A program made the position numbers and the translations under genes. From assembly GCA_017399105.1 (NCBI GenBank), contig JAFQEJ010000057.1:68191-132190 (forward strand): 64,000 bases of DNA, written 5' to 3'. Positions within the stretch are counted from its first letter, which is position 1, and every line of letters starts with the position of its first letter. Positions 1 through 9,380 of the stretch are shown one piece after another. Below the pieces are notes generated by a model that saw only the letters and a program-made list of their open reading frames with translations, made no database searches and was not told the DNA's origin. The DNA comes from Clostridia bacterium (GTDB taxonomy: Bacteria; Bacillota; Clostridia; Oscillospirales; CAG-272).

Positions 1-16
1 ATGCTCTGCTGTGCTC

Positions 17-541
17 TCACTGCCGCCGCCGCAAGAATGCTTGGGATTGGTGTCTGATCGGCATCCTCAGCTCCTCACTGCCGTCAAGAATGACGATATT
101 CTCCCCCTCAAGGAAGAAATTGCAGGTGGAGCCCCGCCTCCCGCCGACCCCGAATTCCCTTGCTGTGAGGAGGAATTCATCGGTGCTGCTCCATGTCTGT
201 GCACTTTTGTGAGAAAAGAGTGTCTCCCCTTTCCGCAGAGCCTGTGCACACCAGACCATGCTGAGCATCCCGTTATTCTCCTCTGTGATGCGGTATCCCA
301 ATTCAATTTGACAGGAACGGCTGCGGAAACGCTTTTTCGGGTCGGAGGAGGCTTCGTATTCCTCTGTAAGCCGGGCGGCAATGCTGCCCTGAATCGCCCC
401 TTCAAATGCTTCCGCATAGCGTCGGCAGAAATCACCGATGCCTGTCGGTTCATCAAAGGCCGGGTAGGAAATAACATAAGCGGCAAGCTTTACTCCTTTG
501 TGGATGAGCCTGCCGCTTTTTGTGATGGTGTTGATTGTCAT
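17..541 (-). CDS. Hypothetical protein (weak resemblance to a DUF4163/PdaC-like N-terminal domain)
   Basis: 174-aa ORF co-oriented downstream of the YibE/F gene. It has a ISYPAF...RITEENNGMLS...AQTWS pattern; family assignment is tentative. Confidence 0.5.
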   Translation of the reverse strand: MTINTITKSGRLIHKGVKLAAYVISYPAFDEPTGIGDFCRRYAEAFEGAIQGSIAARLTEEYEASSDPKKRFRSRSCQIELGYRITEENNGMLSMVWCAQALRKGETLFSHKSAQTWSSTDEFLLTAREFGVGGRRGSTCNFFLEGENIVILDGSEELRMPIRHQSQAFLRRRQ

Positions 542-594
542 AGAAGCTCCTGCGGCATGGTTTTTGCTACCATCCTATGCCGGAGCCCTGCCCG

Positions 595-1830
595 TTATGC
601 TTCGCGCTCTCGCCGTGCATCCTCCTCCATCTCGCCGAGCAGCTTCATATAGCCATCCTCTGCCGCATCCTCCGTGGCAGGGGCGTTGTGTTTTTTAAGG
701 AAGCTTCCCCGCGAGAAGAAAAAGGCGGAGATCAGCGTGGTTGCCGGGATGGTGAGCAGAATACCAAAGCTTCCCACCATGATCTGCAGAAGCTCGGTGA
801 TGATGCCCTCCCGGTTGAGCAGATAGAGCATGGAGTCGCCGCAGGTGTAGACCAGCAGCAGAATCGAGCAGAAGGAGCTGCCGATGTAAGCAAGCACAAG
901 GGTGTTGGACATGGTGCCGATGATGTCCCGTCCGATGCTGAAGCCCGAGGAGACAAGCTCTCCGAAGGTAGGACGCTTTATCTTCAGCGCCAGCTCATGA
1001 AGCGAAGCCGCAATGTCCACCGCTACATCCATGATAGCTCCCACCGCACCGATGATGATTGCGGCAAAAACCACCGCCTTCAGATCCAGCTCGCCGTTGT
1101 TTATCTGAAGCAGGTAGATCGACTGCTCGTCCTTGAAGCCGGTCAGCTTCAGCACAGTGTCGCTTGCAAAGGTGAGTACCCCCGAGATCAGCACGCCGAA
1201 AATGCAGCCGAGCCCCGCCGACAGGCTCTTGGTGTTGGGGCCGTTCACCAGCACCAGCGTCATGACAATAATGTAGGCGCAGACCGTAAATGCCCAGAAA
1301 TAGATATCATAGCCTGCCAGCACCGCCGGAATGAAGATGCCGAAGACCGCAAAGCAGGTCAGCCCCAGCGTGATTGTCGTCGCAAGCCCCTTCATCCTGC
1401 CGAAAACGAGCAGCAGAATCACAAAAAGCGCGATCAGTACCGCAATGCCGCCCATGCGGTTGAATTCGGCAAAGAACCAGTCGGTGGTCTCCTCTCCCAT
1501 GTTCATGCGGGTCAGAATCACCCGATCCCCCACCGAAACCTCGCGGGGATTGGCAGGATCGTATTTGCTCTGATTCTGCGTTGCGGTGAGAATGCCGCCC
1601 TCCTCGGTTTCGCAGACGAAATAAAGATCGTACATCACCGCATCTGCATCGGTGGGCAGACCGGTCGAAGAATCAATGCGCTCCCCTACCGACCGTACAG
1701 TACAGGAAATATATTCCACATCGCTCTCCACAGGGGAAACACCGCGCTGAACAACAAGAAAGAGCAGCGCCGCCACCGTGACCGAAAGAATAAAGAGCAG
1801 AATGCGGAGCAGAGATTGTTTGAATTTCAT
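595..1830 (-). CDS. YibE/F family membrane protein
   Basis: Multiple TM segments; GAVGAIMDVAVDIAASL and GRDIIGTMSNTLVLAYIG motifs typical of YibE/F; GAAAGGA RBS. Confidence 0.9.
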   Translation of the reverse strand: MKFKQSLLRILLFILSVTVAALLFLVVQRGVSPVESDVEYISCTVRSVGERIDSSTGLPTDADAVMYDLYFVCETEEGGILTATQNQSKYDPANPREVSVGDRVILTRMNMGEETTDWFFAEFNRMGGIAVLIALFVILLLVFGRMKGLATTITLGLTCFAVFGIFIPAVLAGYDIYFWAFTVCAYIIVMTLVLVNGPNTKSLSAGLGCIFGVLISGVLTFASDTVLKLTGFKDEQSIYLLQINNGELDLKAVVFAAIIIGAVGAIMDVAVDIAASLHELALKIKRPTFGELVSSGFSIGRDIIGTMSNTLVLAYIGSSFCSILLLVYTCGDSMLYLLNREGIITELLQIMVGSFGILLTIPATTLISAFFFSRGSFLKKHNAPATEDAAEDGYMKLLGEMEEDARREREA

Positions 1831-1868
1831 AGGATTTCCTTTCGATATATCATTGAATCCTTTTGGGT

Positions 1869-1897
1869 ATTATAACATACGGGCGCGGTGATTGCAA
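1869..1897 (-). promoter_or_regulatory. Sigma-A promoter for the YibE/F gene
   Basis: Minus strand TTGCAA-17 bp-TATAAT with a TG extension. Confidence 0.7.
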
Positions 1898-2103
1898 GAA
1901 AAAATCCTCCATATGCCCCGGAATATAATCGGTGGAAACACAATAATACCGGTAAGCTTGATTAACAACGCCAATATAATCCGGAATGTAAATACCGGTG
2001 CTGCAGACAGCCGGACGAAGGACAGGGGCTGACAAAAACGAACCATTATTATGTTTTAACAAAAGGAACCCCCTCGGCTCCTTTATTTTTGGTGTCCCGT
2101 TCC

Positions 2104-2132
2104 TTGATTTTTTTCATCCGGCGTGGTATAAT
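2104..2132 (+). promoter_or_regulatory. Sigma-A promoter for coaX
   Basis: TTGATT-17 bp-TATAAT with a TGn extended -10. Confidence 0.7.
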
Positions 2133-2166
2133 GAAACCGATATCTTTCCCGAAAGGTCGTGAGCGC

Positions 2167-2931
2167 ATGGTTCTGACAATCGATATCGGCAATACCAATA
2201 TCACCTTCGGCAGCTTCGAGGGGGAGACACTGCGTTTTGTCGCACGGATTGCCACCAATGCCTCGCTGACCGAGGATGAATATGCAGCCAAGCTGCAGCA
2301 GACGCTGACACTCTACGGCGCGGCAGTAAGCGACATCAAGGGGGCAATCATCTCCTCGGTGGTTCCGCCGCTGAACAGCGTGATGAAAAAAGCGGTCTTC
2401 TTCCTCTTCGGAATCGAGCCGATCATGGTAGGACCGGGCATCAAAACGGGTATCAGCATTCATTGCGATACACCCTCCTCGGTGGGATCGGATCTCATCT
2501 GTGCCTGCGTTGCCGCCCATTATATCTACGGCAGTCCCTCGCTGATTGTCGATATGGGAACCGCCACCAAAATGATGGTGGTCAACCGTAAGGGCGCCTT
2601 TGTCGGCGTATCGATTATCCCCGGCGTTCATATGGGCATGAGAGCACTCGCACAGGGAACCGCACAGCTTCCGCAGGTCAGCCTGGAGACACCGCCCGCG
2701 GCACTCGGAAAGAATACGGTGGACAGTATACGCTCGGGCGTAATCTTCGGCAGTGCGGCGCTGGTTGACGGCATGATCGACCGCATCAATGAGGAAGCGG
2801 GAGAGCAGCTCCCCGTCTATGCCACAGGCGGGCTTGCACCGATTATCACAGCCCATTGCAGGCATGAGATGACGCTCGACCCCCATCTTGTGCTCAAGGG
2901 ATTGAATATCCTGTACACCAAAAACAACTGA
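2167..2931 (+). CDS. coaX: Type III pantothenate kinase
   Basis: LTIDIGNTNI, SSVVP, VGSD and VDMGTAT motifs; start placed at ATG 2167 after GAAAGG. Confidence 0.95.
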   Translation: MVLTIDIGNTNITFGSFEGETLRFVARIATNASLTEDEYAAKLQQTLTLYGAAVSDIKGAIISSVVPPLNSVMKKAVFFLFGIEPIMVGPGIKTGISIHCDTPSSVGSDLICACVAAHYIYGSPSLIVDMGTATKMMVVNRKGAFVGVSIIPGVHMGMRALAQGTAQLPQVSLETPPAALGKNTVDSIRSGVIFGSAALVDGMIDRINEEAGEQLPVYATGGLAPIITAHCRHEMTLDPHLVLKGLNILYTKNN

Positions 2932-2976
2932 TAAGCCTTTGTGTATTGCTCCCCCGGGAGTTAATATAAATTTTTA

Positions 2977-3005
2977 TGCGTTGTACCGTTTATCGGACGA
3001 CAGCA
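2977..3005 (+). ncRNA. pan-motif-like hairpin (two bulged A) in the panT 5' leader
   Basis: GC-GUUGU-[A]-CCG-UUUAU-CGG-ACGAC-[A]-GC folds into a stem with one bulged A on each strand. It abuts the AAGGAGG RBS and lies in a pantothenate context. Confidence 0.55.
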
Positions 3006-3017
3006 AGGAGGAAATTT

Positions 3018-3599
3018 ATGAACACAGCAAAACAGAGAATGTCCACCAGGACCATGGTTCTCGGTGCCGTTCTGACCGCACTGGTGGTCGTATTGCAGAT
3101 GATGGGCAGCTTTATCCGCTTCGGCCCCTTCTCAATCTCACTGGTGCTCATTCCCATCGTAGTCGGTGCCGCAATGTGCGGTGTCGGTGTGGGAGGCTTT
3201 CTCGGACTTGTCTTCGGCATTGTGGTGCTGATGACAGACGCGGGCGCATTTCTCGCAATCAGCGTGCCCGGAACCATTATCACAGTCCTTGTGAAGGGTA
3301 TTGCCTGCGGAATCGCGGCGGGGATTGCCTATAATCTTGTGGCAAAGTACAACCGCTATGCGGCTGTGGTGGCGGCGGCAATGGTCTGCCCCATCGTCAA
3401 TACCGGCATCTTCCTTCTGGGAGGCGCCATCTTCTTTCTCGACGCTCTGCGCGAATGGGGTACTGCTCAGGGCTTCACCAATGTGGTATCCTACATGTTC
3501 CTGGGTCTTGTCGGCGGAAACTTCATCTTTGAGTTTATCTCCAATATGATTCTCAGCCCGGTCATCGTGCGGATTCTGAATATCGGAAAGAAAGTTTAA
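3018..3599 (+). CDS. panT: ECF transporter S component, probably pantothenate-specific
   Basis: About 6 TM; ISLVLIPIVVGA and IVNTGIF motifs of PanT-like S components; directly downstream of coaX. Confidence 0.8.
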   Translation: MNTAKQRMSTRTMVLGAVLTALVVVLQMMGSFIRFGPFSISLVLIPIVVGAAMCGVGVGGFLGLVFGIVVLMTDAGAFLAISVPGTIITVLVKGIACGIAAGIAYNLVAKYNRYAAVVAAAMVCPIVNTGIFLLGGAIFFLDALREWGTAQGFTNVVSYMFLGLVGGNFIFEFISNMILSPVIVRILNIGKKV

Positions 3600-3618
3600 T
3601 ACAGAATACATAAAAAAT

Positions 3619-3660
3619 ACAGGACACTGATTCTTACATCGGTGTCCTGTTCGTGTTTTT
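3619..3660. terminator. Intrinsic terminator between convergent genes
   Basis: ACAGGACACTGAT / ATCGGTGTCCTGT stem with A-rich and T-rich flanks. Confidence 0.7.
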
Positions 3661-3666
3661 GGGGGA

Positions 3667-4725
3667 TTATACGCTGAGATTGTGACAGAAGCCGCCTTCC
3701 CGTGTGACATCCTTCTTTGCCCACTCATGGGAGAAGCCGAGAATCTTGATGCCGCGGTCTACCGTGCAGCGATAGATTTTCTCCATGTCGTTCAGCTCCG
3801 GCTGGCTCATGTTGATGCCGTAGAGCCCGGGAAGACCACTGAGCGTTTCGATGTAGTGATCTCCTCTGCCGCAGAAGTGAACGATGCCGCCGTCAAAGCG
3901 CTGAAGCAGCTCACCGTCATAGGGAGCGGCAAACACCTCATAGAGCGCGGGCGAAAGATTCATGGCGCTGTCATCGCGCAGAACAATTTTACCCCGGTGG
4001 CGCAGTCCGCCCCAGTGAATGTTCATCTCGCTGTTTGCGGGATAGATTTCGTACCACTTTTCGAGAAATGCGCTGTAGGTGTCGGTGATCAGCCGAAGCA
4101 TTCCGTGAACAAGCTCCTCCTCGTCGTACATGGCATAGAACATCTCACCGCCCCAGAGAAGCTCGCAGATGTCAAGCGGTCCCTGTATATCGGGATGATA
4201 AACCTCTACATAGCGGCTGATTTTGGGATAGCGGGCGAGCACCTCGGCGGCATATTCTCCGAACTCAAAGACGCGTCTGCCAAAGCCTCCCATCAGATCG
4301 GGGAGTCCCCGCTCGGCAATTTCGCGGATCTTCTCAGTGTCATTCAGTGATCTCGTTGTGGGGAGGGTATTGGTTTCACGGGGCATCTTGAAAATCCCGG
4401 CGCCGAAGAGCGAGCTGAGGATACCGGTGCCGTAGTTGGCGCGGATGCAAAGGCTGGAATGGTGACTGCTCAGCATATTGGATACGCTCTGCATCTGAGA
4501 GGCAAGCATCAGCTCGTAATCCTCGACGGCATCGTTGATGTTGATATCACGGTGCGCGACCTTTGGGGCGGAGATAAGCTTTCTGTGAGGAATAAAAATA
4601 TCACCTTCAAAACGGTCATAAAGGAATTCCTTCCAGCAGAAAGCCAGATCCTCTTCGACCTCGGGATTGATTCTCTTTTCAATATCCTCAAGCAGAGCCG
4701 TGGTTTCGGAACAAAGATGATTCAT
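3667..4725 (-). CDS. Uroporphyrinogen decarboxylase / MtaA-CmuA-like TIM-barrel protein
   Basis: DIQGPLD, MFYAMYDE, RDDSAMNLSP and VHFCG (HxC) motifs. Confidence 0.75.
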   Translation of the reverse strand: MNHLCSETTALLEDIEKRINPEVEEDLAFCWKEFLYDRFEGDIFIPHRKLISAPKVAHRDININDAVEDYELMLASQMQSVSNMLSSHHSSLCIRANYGTGILSSLFGAGIFKMPRETNTLPTTRSLNDTEKIREIAERGLPDLMGGFGRRVFEFGEYAAEVLARYPKISRYVEVYHPDIQGPLDICELLWGGEMFYAMYDEEELVHGMLRLITDTYSAFLEKWYEIYPANSEMNIHWGGLRHRGKIVLRDDSAMNLSPALYEVFAAPYDGELLQRFDGGIVHFCGRGDHYIETLSGLPGLYGINMSQPELNDMEKIYRCTVDRGIKILGFSHEWAKKDVTREGGFCHNLSV

Positions 4726-4735
4726 ATTGCCAACC

Positions 4736-5422
4736 TCAGTTTTCGTCGTCGGTTACGCTGTGCAGACCGACCACATCTTCAACCGGAAGCGTGAATACCG
4801 CTGCGTGAGCATCCGAGTGCATGCCTGCCTTTTCCATGATGGCGCGCATGATGGCATCCTTGTCGCGGTGCTTTGCCACGATGTAGATCAGATCCTTCTC
4901 GGCTGCAATCGAGACGCCGAAGAATTTGGTGGTGAACTGTGTTCCCGTACCCTTGCCCGATACGACGGTGCCGCCTCTTGCGCCTGCACTTCTGGCTGCA
5001 TCCATAACCAGGTCGGAGCTGCCGCCTTCTGCTATAACAACGATCAGTGCGTAATTCATTTCATTCATTTCATTCACCTCTCCGATGATGGGATTTTGTC
5101 CGTCGGTCATATACTTCATGCTGGCAGCACCGCCGATGCTTCCTACCGGAACAACAACAGAAATGCCGCTGCCGGGGGAGTCAATGCCCATTTTATAGAC
5201 CAGTCCGTGGGTGTATTTTCGTGCGTTTTCGCGGGTAGCCATCATCTGAAGCATGACCTTGTCGGTGTCCTCCAGACCTAAGAAATCCAGCATGCTCTGG
5301 CTGGCGGTGCCGTGACAAAGATTGATGTGGACCGCTTCGATACCGCAGCTGCGGCAGAATGCAACATTCTGTTCGGCAAAGGGTCTGCGGCAGATGGTAA
5401 TCATATATTTTAAATCGTTCAT
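4736..5422 (-). CDS. Tandem (double-domain) PII-like regulator
   Basis: Two PII-like halves, with ARSAGARGGTV..GKGT in the second; GGAGG RBS before ATG 5422; typical DUF1538 partner. Confidence 0.8.
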   Translation of the reverse strand: MNDLKYMITICRRPFAEQNVAFCRSCGIEAVHINLCHGTASQSMLDFLGLEDTDKVMLQMMATRENARKYTHGLVYKMGIDSPGSGISVVVPVGSIGGAASMKYMTDGQNPIIGEVNEMNEMNYALIVVIAEGGSSDLVMDAARSAGARGGTVVSGKGTGTQFTTKFFGVSIAAEKDLIYIVAKHRDKDAIMRAIMEKAGMHSDAHAAVFTLPVEDVVGLHSVTDDEN

Positions 5423-5441
5423 TTCGACCTCCAATGAGACA

Positions 5442-6974
5442 TTACTCAATGATGATGTCGTCCATACTCTCCTCGGGTAAGACCTCGAGCTGAGCTTCTT
5501 CCTGGGGGGTATGCTTTGACTTGAGCTTGAAGTAGATACCGATGATCTGAATGGTGATCAGAGGCGTCATGGCAACCATGGCAACCACACCGAAGGCATC
5601 GGTAACGATATTGCCTCCCGACGCAATGCATACGCCCATGGCGAGCGGAAGCAGGAAGGTTGCTGTCATCGCACCCGATGCAACGCCGCCCGAGTCAAAG
5701 GCAATGGCAGTGAAGAGCGGCGGGCAGAAGAAGGTGAGAATCAGCGCGATGGCATAGCCGGGCACCAGCAGATACATGATGTTCATCTGGGTGATGATAC
5801 GCAGCATCGCCAGCGCAACCGAAATGCAGACACCGATGGAAAGACCCATGGAGATTGCCTTTTTGGGGACAGCACCCGATGTGATTTCATATACCTGACG
5901 GTTGAGCACATGGACGGCAGGCTCGGCCTGTACGATGAAGAAGCCGATGAGCGCGCCGATGGGAATGACAATCCAGTTGTAGGAGAGGGCGCCCAGCTGC
6001 TGGCCGATGTAGTTGCCTACCGGCATGAAGCCCACATTGACGCCGGTGAGGAAGAGGAAAAGCCCCACATATGTATAAACCAAACCGACTGTGATACGGA
6101 TCAGCGGCGCGCGCTTCAGATGGAGAACAAAAATCTGGAAAACAAAGAAGAAGAGGATGATGGGCAGCAGCGCCGCAAGCACCTCCTTCATGTATTCGGG
6201 GAAGGAGTGACCGAACATGTTCCAGAGCTCGCGGGAGTCGGCAAGCTCGGGAATTTCAACCGGTGTATAGGCAGCATCGTCGGGGCGGTAGATCAGACCC
6301 AGCAGCATAACCGCGAGAATCGGACCGATGGAGCCGAAGGCAACCAGACCGAAGCTGCTGTCCTGAGAATCACGTCCTGCCAGCATGGCTGCAACACCGC
6401 TTCCGAAGCCCATGATGAAGGGAACGGTCATGGGACCTGTGGTAACGCCGCCCGAGTCAAAGGCAACCGCAAGGAATTCCTTCGGCACGAAGATGGCGAG
6501 AACAAAGATCAGAATATAGAAAATGATGAGCAGCAGGTTCAGATTGACTCTGAAGAAGATGCGCAGCAGACCGAGCGCAACAAAGATACCGACCCCCAGC
6601 GCAACCGCACCGATGATGATGATATTGGGGATGCCGGGGACCTGCTCGGCAAGCACGGTCAGATCGGGCTCGGATATGGTGATGATGGTACCGACAAAGA
6701 AGCCGACAAAAAGGATGAGGGCGATGTTTTTGGATTTTGTCACCGCCGAGCCTACCTGACTGCCGATCGGTGTCATGGCGATATCGGTGCCCAGGGTGAA
6801 GAGCCCCATGCCGAAGATGAGCAGCAGCGCTCCGATGACAAAGGCCATCAGAATATCATTCGGAACGGGGATGATGGTGAAGCAGAGCAGAAAGACGATT
6901 CCCGTGATCGGCAGAACCGAGGAAAGCGATTCCTTCAGCTTCTCCATGAGGATGGTTTTACTGTGAAACTGCAA
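5442..6974 (-). CDS. DUF1538 family membrane protein (two fused repeats)
   Basis: Duplicated SEP/AEP and AFDSGGV(T/A)(T/S)G motifs; TTG start after GGAGGG. Confidence 0.9.
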   Translation of the reverse strand: MQFHSKTILMEKLKESLSSVLPITGIVFLLCFTIIPVPNDILMAFVIGALLLIFGMGLFTLGTDIAMTPIGSQVGSAVTKSKNIALILFVGFFVGTIITISEPDLTVLAEQVPGIPNIIIIGAVALGVGIFVALGLLRIFFRVNLNLLLIIFYILIFVLAIFVPKEFLAVAFDSGGVTTGPMTVPFIMGFGSGVAAMLAGRDSQDSSFGLVAFGSIGPILAVMLLGLIYRPDDAAYTPVEIPELADSRELWNMFGHSFPEYMKEVLAALLPIILFFFVFQIFVLHLKRAPLIRITVGLVYTYVGLFLFLTGVNVGFMPVGNYIGQQLGALSYNWIVIPIGALIGFFIVQAEPAVHVLNRQVYEITSGAVPKKAISMGLSIGVCISVALAMLRIITQMNIMYLLVPGYAIALILTFFCPPLFTAIAFDSGGVASGAMTATFLLPLAMGVCIASGGNIVTDAFGVVAMVAMTPLITIQIIGIYFKLKSKHTPQEEAQLEVLPEESMDDIIIE

Positions 6975-7052
6975 TTTTTCCTCCCTCCGGTATGACCGGA
7001 TGTCATTTGTGGTGGTGTATCTGAATCGGGCGTCTCCCGAATGAATAGGAGG

Positions 7053-7793
7053 TCACGCACCGGGATGATAGTATTCCCTGTACCTGCTGGGCGGAATGCC
7101 GTAGCGCTCGGTAAAGGCACGGGCGAAAACCTTGCTCTCGCTGTAGCCCACCGCCTCGGCAATCTGTCCCACCGGAATTCCGTCCATCAGCATTCTGACC
7201 GCTTCTGCCATACGAAGTCCGGTTACATACTGATAGGGGGTGATGTTCATGCTCCGCTTGAAGCTGCGGATGAAATGCTCGGTGGAATAGCCGAAGGCAG
7301 CGCTGATATGGTCAACAGAAAAACTGTGGTCGGTATAGGATGCGCGGATGGCACGCAGAATCTCGAGCAGTGCCGGATCGGGGACAGAGAAAGCACCCTG
7401 CTCAAGGATGTAGCTCTCCAATGCCTGCACCAAACTGATGTAAAAATTGCTGTGCTCATGACCTTCCTGCAATTCGGCGATCAGCGCATCGAGCAGAGCG
7501 GAGAGGGCGCGGTCGGGGGTGAATTCGATCAGCTTATCCACAACGACAGGGAAAAGGTCAAAATGATACCAAAGACAGCAGAGGGGATTTTCGGGGGTGT
7601 GATTGATGGAGTAGGGCGTGTGGGAGGGAAAAACATAAAGCTTTCCGATGTCGAGCAGTCTGGTCTGCTGCATGTCCGAGTAGGTGATGCTGCCGCCCTT
7701 CAGAAAATAGACGCGGCAGAAGCCGGCTGAGCAGCTCTCCTGTACATGCCAATCCTTTCCCAGTGTTCCGTAGCCCTGTGTCTGAAGAATCAT
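7053..7793 (-). CDS. AraC family transcriptional regulator
   Basis: N-terminal cupin-like region; C-terminal double HTH (HFIRSFKR...IAEAVGYSESKVFARAF...GIPPSRYR). Confidence 0.92.
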   Translation of the reverse strand: MILQTQGYGTLGKDWHVQESCSAGFCRVYFLKGGSITYSDMQQTRLLDIGKLYVFPSHTPYSINHTPENPLCCLWYHFDLFPVVVDKLIEFTPDRALSALLDALIAELQEGHEHSNFYISLVQALESYILEQGAFSVPDPALLEILRAIRASYTDHSFSVDHISAAFGYSTEHFIRSFKRSMNITPYQYVTGLRMAEAVRMLMDGIPVGQIAEAVGYSESKVFARAFTERYGIPPSRYREYYHPGA

Positions 7794-7949
7794 AGACTAT
7801 CCCCCTTTCCTTCTATTATATCGGATCACTTTGTATATTGCAAGAGCAAATATCAATTTTTGTGGTGTTTTCGTTGGATTTTGAGGTTTACAGGACAATT
7901 ATTTTGAGATAAGATAAAGATAACACAAATCTTCTGCGGAGGTGCGGAT

Positions 7950-9200
7950 ATGAACATTACAGATCAGGATAAGGAAATTCTGCGTGAGCTTGCCAAAAAG
8001 TATATGAGCTATGCCACGCTGCCCATTCAGAGTGAGAAGCGCGAGCTCTGGCGCAGCCTGAACAAGCTGAATATGAAAAAGCCCATGCTTGCCATTGACC
8101 AGATGCCCTGGCACGAGCTGGATGTGGACGGAAGTCTCATCTGCAGGGTGGAGAATCCCTACTTCCGCGGCGTCGAGTGGGGACTGCGCATGGAAATCTA
8201 CAAGTGGGAGCATCTTCCCGCCGATATGGTGCTCAATCCCTATATTACGCTGAACCGTCCCATCGGCAACACAGGCTACGGTCTTGCATTCCAGTCGGAG
8301 CGTGCGGTCAGCGACGAAAAGAGCAACGTCTACGGCTATCACTTCATCAACCAGTTTGAGGAGCCCGAGGATATCGAAAAGCTGAAGGATCCTATCATCA
8401 CCATCAACCGCGAGGCTGAGGCTGATATCATTGCCACTGCCCATGAGATTTTTGACGGCATCGCCCCCTTTAAGATGGCGGGCTGGATCATGCATGTGGG
8501 CATCTGGGACTTCATCTCCCAGTGGATGGGCGTTGAAAATGTCTACATGGAGCTGATGGACCGCCCCGAATTCATGCATGCCCTCATGGAGCGTCTCACC
8601 CAGGCGACCATCCGTCAGATCGAGCAGGTGAATGAGCTGGGCATTTACGATATCAATACCAATATGTGCCACTGCTCCTATACCTTCAATGACGATATTC
8701 CGGGGGCTGACTGCGACCGCGATAATCCCACCACAAAGGACGGCTGGTGCTTCGGTCTTGCACAGCTCTTCTCCTCGGTATCTCCTTCTATCACCGCCGA
8801 GTTTGAGGTGCCCTATATGCAGCGCATCTTCCCCTATTTCGGCTCGGTTTACTACGGCTGCTGCGACAGACTGGATGACAGACTGGATATCGTCGACAGA
8901 ATGCCCAATATCCGCAAGATCTCCTGCTCGCCCTGGAGTGACCGCGAGAACTTCGCCGCCAAGATCAATCCCGCCAAGTATATCATGTCCAATAAGCCCA
9001 ATCCCGCCCTGCTTGCCACCGACAGCTTCGATGAGGATGCGGTCAGAGAAGACCTCCGCCGTACCATCAAGGCTGCAAAGGACAACGGCGTCTGCCTCGA
9101 GATGATCCTCAAGGATATCAGTACCGTCCGCTATGAGCCTCAGCGTCTCTGGAGATGGTCTGAGATTGCCGCCGAGGAAACCCTCCGTGCGGCACTGTAA
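7950..9200 (+). CDS. URO-D-like (uroporphyrinogen decarboxylase fold) protein of unknown function
   Basis: GVENVYMELMDRPE, SVSPSITAEF, YYGCCDRLD and RKISCSPW motifs; GGAGGTG RBS; divergent from AraC. Confidence 0.7.
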   Translation: MNITDQDKEILRELAKKYMSYATLPIQSEKRELWRSLNKLNMKKPMLAIDQMPWHELDVDGSLICRVENPYFRGVEWGLRMEIYKWEHLPADMVLNPYITLNRPIGNTGYGLAFQSERAVSDEKSNVYGYHFINQFEEPEDIEKLKDPIITINREAEADIIATAHEIFDGIAPFKMAGWIMHVGIWDFISQWMGVENVYMELMDRPEFMHALMERLTQATIRQIEQVNELGIYDINTNMCHCSYTFNDDIPGADCDRDNPTTKDGWCFGLAQLFSSVSPSITAEFEVPYMQRIFPYFGSVYYGCCDRLDDRLDIVDRMPNIRKISCSPWSDRENFAAKINPAKYIMSNKPNPALLATDSFDEDAVREDLRRTIKAAKDNGVCLEMILKDISTVRYEPQRLWRWSEIAAEETLRAAL

Positions 9201-9213
9201 AATCAAACAGCAA

Positions 9214-9258
9214 AAGGCTGCTGTAAGCTCGAATCTGTGAGTTTGCAGCAGCCTTGTT
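9214..9258. terminator. Intrinsic terminator
   Basis: AAGGCTGCTGTAAGCTC / GAGTTTGCAGCAGCCTT stem after the stop at 9200. Confidence 0.65.
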
Positions 9259-9298
9259 TATTGTCCAAATAAAGGAAATCGGTTATTGATTCATCCCT

Positions 9299-9380
9299 TC
9301 ATCCGAAGAGACGGGAACAGTTCAGCCTTCGGCTGAAATGTGGAATCGTATCATCCGAAGAGACGGGAATATTTCAGCCC
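9299..9380. repeat. 52-bp-period direct duplication (TCATCCGAAGAGACGGGAA x2)
   Basis: Identical 19-mers at 9299-9317 and 9351-9369, each followed 3 nt later by TTCAGCC. Confidence 0.8.
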
